From Ignavibacteria bacterium (GTDB lineage Bacteria > Bacteroidota > Ignavibacteria > UBA10030 > UBA6906): a stretch of DNA of 64,000 bases. Position numbers and translations under genes: made by a program. The stretch lies in NCBI GenBank assembly GCA_040290295.1, contig PSMW01000009.1:39200-103199 (forward strand). The letters are read 5' to 3'. Under the pieces are notes generated by a model. The model was given only the letters and a program-made list of their open reading frames with translations, ran no database searches and was not told the origin of the DNA. Below are positions 10,486 to 18,268 of this stretch, one piece after another (position 1 is the first letter of the stretch; every line of letters starts with the position of its first letter).

Positions 10486-11297
10486 CGAATTGTGAGGTAA
10501 TGGAGAACAGTCCGACTGGTGTCGTTGAACGAGTCTTGAGCTTGGAATGCGAAACGGAATGTGCGTCGCACGTTAGGTGCATCGACCAACTTCACGATGA
10601 TGGAGTAAATGCCGTCGCCGGCTCGTTCATCGCCGCTGGGTGAGCTTCTGTCGGCACCGCCGTCGTCACGCAAAAAGAACTTTCGATTGGGGTCGCTGGA
10701 GTCGAGACTTCGGAAAAAGACCTCGCGAATATCACCGATGCCGTCGGAATCGGCGGCGGTGATGTTCATTCCGATCAGCAGCGAGTCGCCCGGCGGGAGC
10801 ACCAGCGTGTCGGGGGCGTTCAGACGCGAGAGTGTGGGGGGTGAATTCCGCCTGCCGAGTTTCAAGGCACGCTCGAGCGCATTACTGACCGCGCCGGCAC
10901 TGTTCGTGGCTGCGAAACGGACTCTGTATCGACCGACGAGCGATCGCTCTACGCTGAATTGTATCCGCCCTGTGTACACACTGTCGCGAGCCGACTGATC
11001 GGGTAGGATGCCGTCGTCGCGCAGTGTCGCTTCGGCAACGACCGTCGTGCCCGTCGGACGGAGAACCGTCGCGGTGACGGTCGGCAGGCCTTCGGCAGAA
11101 AATGCTTTGACACTTACGAGAGTGTTGATGGTATAGCGACCGTTTTCCGGCGTGAGACTGTCCACATAGATGCTGTCCGGCGTAATGAGTGGAGAACGCA
11201 CAACCGGGACGTCGGTGCTGACATCGACAGTTCCGAATTTGGATTGCTCACACCCGACTGCCAAAAGCAGAAGGCTACAGATCGTTAAGCGACGCAT
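10482..11297 (-). CDS. hypothetical lipoprotein (two Ig-like regions), first gene of a 4-gene operon
   Basis: MRRLTICSLLLLAVGC lipobox. No family recognised. ATGA-type overlap with the downstream BNR gene. Confidence 0.6.
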   Translation of the reverse strand: MRRLTICSLLLLAVGCEQSKFGTVDVSTDVPVVRSPLITPDSIYVDSLTPENGRYTINTLVSVKAFSAEGLPTVTATVLRPTGTTVVAEATLRDDGILPDQSARDSVYTGRIQFSVERSLVGRYRVRFAATNSAGAVSNALERALKLGRRNSPPTLSRLNAPDTLVLPPGDSLLIGMNITAADSDGIGDIREVFFRSLDSSDPNRKFFLRDDGGADRSSPSGDERAGDGIYSIIVKLVDAPNVRRTFRFAFQAQDSFNDTSRTVLHYLTIR

Positions 11298-11519
11298 GGG
11301 CGAAGATGAGATAAAAAAGCCGAGTATTCATGTATCGAGATCCGACAATGAATTCTCGGCCCAACGATGAGTGCTATGTCGAACACATGTGTCGGTACTC
11401 GTTTCCACTCTTGAAGCCCTCCTTGTACCAACACATCTATAACGGTAGTTCCTTTCTTTCTCGAATGACGGAAAAAAGTTATCGAAATCGTTTCCGAATG
11501 TCAAGCTCCAAAACATTTC

Positions 11520-12503
11520 TCACTGAAGTGGTATCGTCATCGGGACGAGCGAGAAGCATCCGATGAAGATAATTGCGCACAGCCAGCCTATCAGCATGCG
11601 CCGATTGTCGAGAGGCGTGTCGTCTTGCAATGGTGATCTACGGAAATTTACCGATCGCATCATGAACACCAAGATCACCGCCCACATAAACCATCCGAAC
11701 CATCCGTACTGAAAGTTCACTCCAACTTCAGGCAAAAGCCCGGCGAGCCCGAGCACCACGAGCAGTACAAGCGATACTTGTGCGATGAGGTGATAACGAT
11801 TGCCGAACATCGCAAACGAAATATGCCCGCCATCGAGCTGACCGATAGGAATCAAGTTCATTGCCGTCACCAACATGCCGAACCAGCCCACACACAACAA
11901 TGGATAATGGTAGATTTCGTTCATCGGCGGAATGAAGGCATCGCTCGGTGCGAAGAGTTTTTCGAACAGCGAGAGGAACAGCGTTCCGCCAAACCGCAGA
12001 CCTCCTTCGGGAAGGGATGGCATCAACGCGTACTCAGGGTGGATCTCGTAGAGATATTCTTTCGTCGGTAACGTTGCATAACCAACAGCAAGAATAATCG
12101 CCGTGACGACAAATCCTGCCAGAGGTCCGGCCGCGCCAATATCGAACAACACCCTGCGTGAAGGGATTGCAGATCGAATACGAATCACTGCGCCCATCGT
12201 TCCAAACTGGTTCAGAAAAAGAAGAGGGGGGAACGGTATGTAGAAAGGTAGCGTCGTTTCGACACCATGATAACGTGCTGCGAAGTAGTGCCCGAACTCA
12301 TGAGCACTGAGCATCGCAAGAATGAGAAACGAATAGGTGAGTCCGGAAGAAAAGTTGGATAACTCAAAAGGGTCTTTCACCAACCACGCTACGCCGGCCA
12401 GTGTTGTTGTAAAGAACGTGAGAAGGAAGAGAGATCCGTGTACGAGATAGCGCTTCCACTGTATCCCTACCTCCGGCTGGACAACGACAAAATCCTGATC
12501 CAT
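11520..12503 (-). CDS. M50 family site-2 (intramembrane) metalloprotease, no PDZ domain
   Basis: HEFGH zinc motif within a TM helix, second S2P signature NLIPIGQLDGG, and multiple TM helices. Confidence 0.85.
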   Translation of the reverse strand: MDQDFVVVQPEVGIQWKRYLVHGSLFLLTFFTTTLAGVAWLVKDPFELSNFSSGLTYSFLILAMLSAHEFGHYFAARYHGVETTLPFYIPFPPLLFLNQFGTMGAVIRIRSAIPSRRVLFDIGAAGPLAGFVVTAIILAVGYATLPTKEYLYEIHPEYALMPSLPEGGLRFGGTLFLSLFEKLFAPSDAFIPPMNEIYHYPLLCVGWFGMLVTAMNLIPIGQLDGGHISFAMFGNRYHLIAQVSLVLLVVLGLAGLLPEVGVNFQYGWFGWFMWAVILVFMMRSVNFRRSPLQDDTPLDNRRMLIGWLCAIIFIGCFSLVPMTIPLQ

Positions 12504-12583
12504 TATTGCACGATAGAAGAACTCGGGTTAGTTGTAACTGCACATCCAATATATGGAAAATGCCGGAAGGTTTTCGGGCAGGA

Positions 12584-12626
12584 GAAAAAACAGTTGCGCC
12601 GCCCGACCTCGACGATCGGGCAGCGC
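12584..12626 (-). terminator. rho-independent terminator after the repeat-peptide gene
   Basis: In mRNA sense: an 11-bp GC-rich stem (12616-12626 pairs with 12596-12606, one G-U), a 9-nt loop, then AACUGUUUUUU (T6 = 12585-12590). Confidence 0.6.
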
Positions 12627-12647
12627 GTTCACACAGATGCAATCAAG

Positions 12648-12857
12648 CTATGGCCGAGGTGAATCGGGCATCACTGCAACACCGCTCTTCGGGCGCGGCG
12701 AGTCCGGCATTACCGCTACCCCGCTTTTAGGCCGAGGCGAATCTGGCATAACGGCCACCCCGCTCTTTGATGCCAGGCTTGAGATGGCGATGTTCGTCCC
12801 TCCAACGAGCGTCAACGCGACAACCAGACCGCGCAAACGTTTTGCTGTGGTTGACAT
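12648..12857 (-). CDS. secreted mini-protein: Sec-type signal + 3 x KSGVAVMPDSPRP
   Basis: 69-aa ORF. GGGGGA lies 6 nt upstream of the ATG, with an in-frame TAA 45 nt upstream. Signal has n-h-c structure (MSTTAKRLRG-LVVALTLVGGTNIAI-SSLA). Three identical 13-aa units are encoded by diverged 39-nt units. A terminator follows directly. Confidence 0.6.
   Translation of the reverse strand: MSTTAKRLRGLVVALTLVGGTNIAISSLASKSGVAVMPDSPRPKSGVAVMPDSPRPKSGVAVMPDSPRP
12651..12767. repeat. 3 x 39-nt imperfect tandem repeat (units 12651-12689, 12690-12728, 12729-12767)
   Basis: Hand alignment: units differ at 7, 9 and 11 of 39 positions. All differences fall on one codon phase and are synonymous in the minus frame. 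Confidence 0.9.
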
Positions 12858-13223
12858 AGGTGTATCCCCCTAACTGTTGATGTGTTGGTTGATTGAATTA
12901 TCGGCAGATTCCATTGGTCTCTGTACCAATGACTCTGCCATGATGAGTATAGGTTTGCTCTGTTCCAAAGGCTGGATGGAGAGGATAAATCGATCAGATC
13001 GTTCCTTTTCCCTGCGCCTCCCCAAACATGATGGGTGCGGCATGAATCGTTTCCCCTTTTCAGATTGGAATTAGACTGGCATCCCCCTGAAACCTGACGT
13101 GCGTGAAAATATAGATAACCCGTTCACCGAAGTCAATACGGCAAACTACGTAGTGACACCTATGTGGATTGCACGTCTTTCGATGAAGAAATACGTACAT
13201 GACGTAAGAAATAGCGTTTTCTC

Positions 13224-13252
13224 TTGACTTGCTTATTGGCGTTCGATATATT
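13224..13252 (+). promoter_or_regulatory. candidate sigma-70-type promoter TTGACT-N17-TATATT
   Basis: TTGACT (13224-13229), 17-nt spacer, TATATT (13247-13252), about 27 nt upstream of ATG 13279. The same architecture occurs at 60132-60160. Confidence 0.3.
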
Positions 13253-13278
13253 TGAAGCGAACTTCCTTCTCGCAACGT

Positions 13279-14427
13279 ATGACACGAGCCAAAAGTATCT
13301 TGGTTATCTGGATAGCTGCGCTGCTTGCATTTCTTACTTCATTCCAGCTACCACATGTTCCCATCACGGCTGCAGGTTTTATCAGTTACTGTCTGCAGTT
13401 TCTCCTGTTCATCATAAGCCTGTATTTGGTTCGTAACGAACCTGTTCGAAAGACTCGGTTTGTGTTTAGTAACTTTACGGCATTTTTTGGGATTTCAATC
13501 CTTTTCCATCTTTATCAATTTCTCGGTGTACTGATTTTTCCCCAGCATCAACTGGCCCGGCATTATTTCTTCCAATACATCTCGCTCGGATTGTACTTTT
13601 TCCTGTTTGCCTTTGCGATCGGTTATATTACCATCGATCTGTTGTTTTGGGATTTCAAGACTCTTTACAAGTATTGGATCACCCTTGCTATCGTCGGAGG
13701 CTTTTTTGGGTTCTACTATCACCCGTATTTCTCCAATCCTCTCTACCTCTACACAACGCAAGAGATATCGGAATGGAAAGAATTGGATCGAGCGAGCAAA
13801 GAATACCGACAGCGCTTCGGGTCGGAGCCTACTGAAGAAGAGTTGGTAAACTACTTCCGCACAGCAACCGTCTCGGCTCCTTTGCTCGAACGGTTGATGC
13901 CGGAAGAACGCGAGACGCGGGTGCGTGAACTGTTTCCGTACCTTGCAGGTTCGAGTTACATGATTCTTTTGCTGAAGCCTTTGTACCTCAACACGATCTA
14001 CATGTGCGTGCTTAGCTTCGCGTTGATCATCTTGTACTTTGGCTATCTGTACAAAAAAGACCCTCCTCAGGGTGCATACATCGAGAAGATGATGTTCTTC
14101 TTTTTATTGTTCTGTACGTTGGAGATATTTCACGCTTGGAGTTTTATCAAGACCGTCGAGTGGCGCGCGTTCTCACAGTACGTTATTATCGGTCAATACT
14201 TATCGGCCGGGGTTCTTCTCGGCATCGCGACGCTTTTCGGTTTGCGTCTGCGATTCATCACCTCTGCGTACGGCGAGTTCTATGAGCAAGAGATCGAAGA
14301 GCATCCAGCGGGCATCACGCGGTGGCGCGACGCGTTTGACAATTTGCTGATCAAATACTTCTTCGACCGAAACGAATTTGTCGGAAGGTTTTTTGTTCTA
14401 CCGAAGGCTCAAGATAAACAACACTAA
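13279..14427 (+). CDS. hypothetical polytopic membrane protein (two TM bundles around a charged soluble loop)
   Basis: Long ORF with about 8-10 hydrophobic helices. No family recognised. Visibly AT-richer with T-ending codons compared with neighbours. The track start (TTG 13252) overlaps the putative -10, so ATG 13279 is preferred. Confidence 0.7.
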   Translation: MTRAKSILVIWIAALLAFLTSFQLPHVPITAAGFISYCLQFLLFIISLYLVRNEPVRKTRFVFSNFTAFFGISILFHLYQFLGVLIFPQHQLARHYFFQYISLGLYFFLFAFAIGYITIDLLFWDFKTLYKYWITLAIVGGFFGFYYHPYFSNPLYLYTTQEISEWKELDRASKEYRQRFGSEPTEEELVNYFRTATVSAPLLERLMPEERETRVRELFPYLAGSSYMILLLKPLYLNTIYMCVLSFALIILYFGYLYKKDPPQGAYIEKMMFFFLLFCTLEIFHAWSFIKTVEWRAFSQYVIIGQYLSAGVLLGIATLFGLRLRFITSAYGEFYEQEIEEHPAGITRWRDAFDNLLIKYFFDRNEFVGRFFVLPKAQDKQH

Positions 14428-14508
14428 GTTTCACGGAACTCGGTCTCCACATCCCTTGCACTGCGAGAGCGGAGTTCCTACAAACTATCATCAGTGAGGA
14501 AAGGTTTT

Positions 14509-15546
14509 ATGGAAACAAACACGACTTTTGGCGAAAAGAAAGCCGGGGGTGCTTTCGCATATCCAATCATCGGAAAGAGCAAAGCGACAGAGCAGTTGAT
14601 TCGCTCGATCCAGAGACTTGCGAAAACCCGACGCGATGTCCTCATCGTCGGTGAAGCCGGCGTCGGGAAGGGGGCCGTTGCCAAGAACATTTATCATCTC
14701 GGCAAGGCGGAAGCGAAGAACGGTGATCAAGACATGCCGTTCTCGTCTGTCAATCTCTCGGTCGTTGACGATCGTGAGTTGGAGGCGATGCTCTTCGGTT
14801 TCGACCGCGGGGTAAAAGGTCTCCCGTACACATCGAAGCGTGGATTGTTCGAGCAAGCCAACGGCGGCACCGTTCTGATCGAAGAGATCGAAGAAGCAAG
14901 CTTCCGCAACCAGATGAAGATTCTCAACTTCATCAACGAACGGAAGACGCGCCGCATCGGTAGCGAGATGCGCGAAAGCGTTGACATTCGCCTTATTATC
15001 ACGATGAAAGAAGATCCGGCGCAGTTAGTGGAAAAGCGCAAACTGCTCGAAGACTTGTACGCAAAGGTGTTGGAATTCGAAAAGATCGAAATCCCTCCGC
15101 TACGCCAGCGACCCGAGGATATTCCTCTTTTGGTGAAGCACTTCACGAGCGAGATCTGCAAGGAACTTGGTCTCGGCGATCTTGTCATCGACATCAATGC
15201 GATCGACGTCCTCGTTCGTCAGCCATGGAAGGAAAATATCCGTGAGCTGAAAGCCGTCGTCGATAAGTCGGTGCTTTTCTCCAACGAGGGACGTTTCTCC
15301 TTACCGTCCGAATTGGTTGACGAGAAGACCGAGGTTGTGAAGATGATCAACAACATCATGGCGGGACAGGAATTCGTACTCGACAAGTCGCTCGACGTCA
15401 TCGAGAAAGGCATCATCGAGCGGTCGCTGGATCGGTTCGGCTTCAACCAGTCCAAAGCGGCGGCATTCCTCGGCATGACCGAGCAAACCTTTCGTTACAA
15501 GCTGAAGCGCTTGGGCATCACGAGTGCCCGTTCGAGGAATACATAA
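14509..15546 (+). CDS. stand-alone sigma-54-activator-like AAA+ regulator with Fis-type HTH; GAFTGA loop not conserved
   Basis: Walker A GEAGVGKG, Walker B region VLIEEIEE, sensor-II-like ENIRELK, and C-terminal HTH (QSKAAAFLGMTEQTFRYKLKRLGI). No receiver or sensor domain. GAGGAAAGG SD precedes ATG 14509. Confidence 0.75.
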   Translation: METNTTFGEKKAGGAFAYPIIGKSKATEQLIRSIQRLAKTRRDVLIVGEAGVGKGAVAKNIYHLGKAEAKNGDQDMPFSSVNLSVVDDRELEAMLFGFDRGVKGLPYTSKRGLFEQANGGTVLIEEIEEASFRNQMKILNFINERKTRRIGSEMRESVDIRLIITMKEDPAQLVEKRKLLEDLYAKVLEFEKIEIPPLRQRPEDIPLLVKHFTSEICKELGLGDLVIDINAIDVLVRQPWKENIRELKAVVDKSVLFSNEGRFSLPSELVDEKTEVVKMINNIMAGQEFVLDKSLDVIEKGIIERSLDRFGFNQSKAAAFLGMTEQTFRYKLKRLGITSARSRNT

Positions 15547-15568
15547 AAAGCTTCCATAGAACCTCAAG

Positions 15569-15611
15569 ACGAGGATGTAAGGCGATGGCTTTGCATCCTC
15601 GTGTGTTTTTA
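15569..15611 (+). terminator. hairpin + T-run between convergent genes
   Basis: ACGAGGATG (15569-15577) pairs with CATCCTCGT (15594-15602), followed by GTGTTTTTA. Confidence 0.5.
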
Positions 15612-16496
15612 GATCTTCCCGAGAATTGCGAGGAGTATTTCCCAAAGAATAAGGATGATGATGATGAGTTCCAACGCTGCCGATCGTTGTGCTTCCAATC
15701 GGGCGAGAACAAACGTGCTGAAGCGGGAGATGATCGATACTTTCTGTTGTATGACTTTGATGCGGTCTTCGAGATTGAACTCAGTCTTAAGCGCTCTGTA
15801 CAACTGTTCGATCTTGGCTCCTCCGTCCCAAACGATGTCCGGATCGTCGAAGATTGCGACATCGTATGCCAACTCGTGTTCCACAGATAAGGCAAACCCG
15901 ACATTCTTCGTTGCTTCACGTCCACGCCGGGGAATCCACCCTTTGGTTGCAAGTTGTACGACGGTCGGCTCGAATTGCGCCAGCGCATCGGTAACGAGCT
16001 TTTCGTAATACTCGAGAGAGACCGACCTACTCAGCACAATGCCAACGATGAGGGCAATATCGCGACTCACATCTTTAATGTACCATACGTCCTTCCCGGC
16101 GGGCTTCTGTTGTCGCGGAACGAGCGAGAGCACAAACTCATCCTCGCTGATATATTTGTTCTCGCGAAACGCACACTGCTTGAGTTGTGCCATGACCTGC
16201 TCGATCTCGTTCGGAGGAACATTGAAAAAGACGACCGAGCCGTAATCGAACACATTGACCAGCTTGTTCCGATCGAACTGCACCAGCAACGGTTTGGCAT
16301 TCAACACCTTCCCACCTAAGGTGTTTTCCAATTTCTCCCGAGCCTTTCTGAGGTCATATGCCGAAGCATAGTCGAACGCCTTCACGGACACCGTCTCGTG
16401 TTCAAGCGGATGGATGTCGGTTTCTTCGGGCTGCATTCGTGTGCTCGTGTTATGAAATTCCCCTGCAAACCAACGGCTGTCTCGGCATGGAAGCAC
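15609..16496 (-). CDS. RMD1/YagE-like (DUF155) family protein with C-terminal TM helix
   Basis: Recalled family resemblance (core ...VFDYGSVVFFNV...) plus a single C-terminal TM segment (LELIIIILILWEILLAILG). The start may instead be at 16436. Confidence 0.5.
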   Translation of the reverse strand: MLPCRDSRWFAGEFHNTSTRMQPEETDIHPLEHETVSVKAFDYASAYDLRKAREKLENTLGGKVLNAKPLLVQFDRNKLVNVFDYGSVVFFNVPPNEIEQVMAQLKQCAFRENKYISEDEFVLSLVPRQQKPAGKDVWYIKDVSRDIALIVGIVLSRSVSLEYYEKLVTDALAQFEPTVVQLATKGWIPRRGREATKNVGFALSVEHELAYDVAIFDDPDIVWDGGAKIEQLYRALKTEFNLEDRIKVIQQKVSIISRFSTFVLARLEAQRSAALELIIIILILWEILLAILGKI

Positions 16497-16509
16497 GTCG
16501 AGAGCATCG

Positions 16510-17613
16510 TTACCGCAGTCGTCGATCTTTCCACCTCACGTCTCTGCTGAAGAGTACTAGTGGTGGAAACAATAAAACATATGCAATGTAGTACACCTCG
16601 AAAGGCACCAAATAGAGAAAGAGCCGTCGTGCCTTGAATGCCGATAGAGTCGGGGCCACCAGCAGCGCGTCCACCGCACTCTTGATGGCGAACGCTGCCA
16701 GAAACGGTGCAAAGTCTCCAGCAGCGAGAGTCACAACTGAGAGGGCTTTGAAGGTGAACCCAAAGGCGAACAAACCAATGCTTTTCCAATCCATCCCCGC
16801 TCCTCCGCTGAACCAACGCTTTTTCTGATTGAACAACTCCCTCCACGTTTCACAGGGAAGACTGAACACCAACGTTTGCGGATCGATGGGAAGGCGTGCA
16901 ACGTATCCCGCTCTTCTCGTCACAGCATGGAACAGCGCGTAGTCCTCGGTAACGCTGAACGGGATGCTCCGATATCCGCCAACGGCATCATAGGCGGAGC
17001 GACGCACGGAGAGGTTGTTGCCGACAGCCGTGACGGGAAAGCGCAGCCGTATCGTACCTGCAGCGATGGAGAACAACACGAACCAGTCGAGCGCTTGAAT
17101 GGCTTCGAACATCGTTCGTGAACGTAACGCCGTGAAGCCCGCAACCAATCCTACCGATGGGTGGTTGTAGTACTTGACTGTTTCCTCTACCCAGCCACGT
17201 TGCACCACACAATCTGCATCTGTGAAGAGGAGAATATCGCCTGTCGAGCGTTCAATGCCTTGCGTGATGGCGTTCGCCTTTCCGTGAAGCCTGCCGCTCG
17301 GATCCTCTGTTGCATTCAGCAGCCGAATGAACGAGCACCGGCGCGCAAACTCACTGATGATCTCCTCTGTCCGGTCCGTCGAACGATCGTTGACGACCAC
17401 CACTTCTAAACGTTCCGTTGGATAGGTGAGGTGCGAGATAGATTCGAGGCACGCTCGAATATTCTTTTCTTCATTCCGCGCAGCGATAATGATGGAAACA
17501 CTCGGACGGTAGGTTGGATCGAAAGAATATGTCGCCTTTCGGACGCCGATGGCAAAAAGCAAGATTTGGATTGCATAGATCGCAGCGAAGAGAAACAGAA
17601 GATCGATAAGCAT
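16510..17613 (-). CDS. glycosyltransferase family 2, membrane-anchored
   Basis: VSIIIAARNEEKNI and FTDADCV (DxD-like) motifs of GT2, with C-terminal TM helices. Confidence 0.8.
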   Translation of the reverse strand: MLIDLLFLFAAIYAIQILLFAIGVRKATYSFDPTYRPSVSIIIAARNEEKNIRACLESISHLTYPTERLEVVVVNDRSTDRTEEIISEFARRCSFIRLLNATEDPSGRLHGKANAITQGIERSTGDILLFTDADCVVQRGWVEETVKYYNHPSVGLVAGFTALRSRTMFEAIQALDWFVLFSIAAGTIRLRFPVTAVGNNLSVRRSAYDAVGGYRSIPFSVTEDYALFHAVTRRAGYVARLPIDPQTLVFSLPCETWRELFNQKKRWFSGGAGMDWKSIGLFAFGFTFKALSVVTLAAGDFAPFLAAFAIKSAVDALLVAPTLSAFKARRLFLYLVPFEVYYIAYVLLFPPLVLFSRDVRWKDRRLR

Positions 17614-17767
17614 CGGGTGTGTGTTAGCTTAGTTCCGCTTCCAACTTATCGAAAAATCCTACGCCAAGCAACGCGGAAACGGATCATCGCTTCGACCATT
17701 CATCCTGCATCTTGCTTTTTACTCTCCCGTTCGATAAGTTATTCAGGGCTTCAAACTCTTCTCCCCT

Positions 17768-18268
17768 ATGAACCGAATTCGAGCGGTACTTTTCTACGTT
17801 TGTCTTTCGACGATCACCCTCACAGCCTGCAATGAGGGACTTGCGCCCCGCGTCGAAAAGAGCGGCATCTCCGGCACCATTCGCTACAAACACTGGCCCC
17901 CACAAGATAGTCTTCGCGACTTACGTCTGGTCGCGTTCAAGCGATTTCCTCCCAGCAACATCGTGGGCGATATTCTGCAGGGCAACGCAGTGGTCTATCC
18001 GCCGATTGGAGACACTGCGCTCGTTCCATTCTATGTCGATTCGCTCAAGTACACCGCTCCGCTTCCGCCGGGGAAGTATGAATACGTGGTGATTGCCCAA
18101 CGATACGGTCCCAACATTTTTACGGACTGGCGACCCGTCGGTCAGTACGATCTTGATACAAACTACGCGACTCCGTCTCCTGTTGTGGTCTTGGATGGAA
18201 CGCTGACGCGATTTGTCGATATCAATGTCGATTTTCGAAATCCTCCACCTTTTCCGTTTCCGCGATGA
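17768..18268 (+). CDS. hypothetical lipoprotein upstream of a TonB-dependent receptor
   Basis: Signal with LTAC lipobox. ATGA overlap with the receptor gene. Confidence 0.55.
   Translation: MNRIRAVLFYVCLSTITLTACNEGLAPRVEKSGISGTIRYKHWPPQDSLRDLRLVAFKRFPPSNIVGDILQGNAVVYPPIGDTALVPFYVDSLKYTAPLPPGKYEYVVIAQRYGPNIFTDWRPVGQYDLDTNYATPSPVVVLDGTLTRFVDINVDFRNPPPFPFPR

Noticed and set aside
11383-11392. Perfect 10-bp palindrome ACACATGTGT about 90 nt upstream of the lipoprotein/BNR operon.
   Set aside because: It is short enough to occur by chance, has no second copy in the window, and no cognate regulator is nearby.
12651-12767. Possible CRISPR array, given the regular 39-nt periodicity.
   Set aside because: The units are contiguous with no spacers, there are only three copies, and they are in-frame coding. 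There are no cas genes in the window.
12553-12873. Plus-strand 106-aa ORF reading the 39-nt repeats as GESGITATPLFGR units.
   Set aside because: It has no SD or signal, and its Arg-rich N-terminus looks non-coding. The units are not identical in this frame (F/L/F, GR/GR/DA). The minus frame has an SD, a signal peptide, perfect units and a terminator. The shared wobble phase means this cannot be fully excluded without comparative data.
12924-12940. Sigma-54-like promoter TGGCAG-N5-TTGGT (minus strand), about 70 nt upstream of the repeat-peptide ATG. A CATTGGT-N6-ACCAATG inverted repeat lies at 12912-12931.
   Set aside because: The invariant -12 GC is GG here. The neighbouring AAA+ regulator lacks the GAFTGA loop needed for sigma-54 contact. 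It is kept only as a note for PWM scanning.
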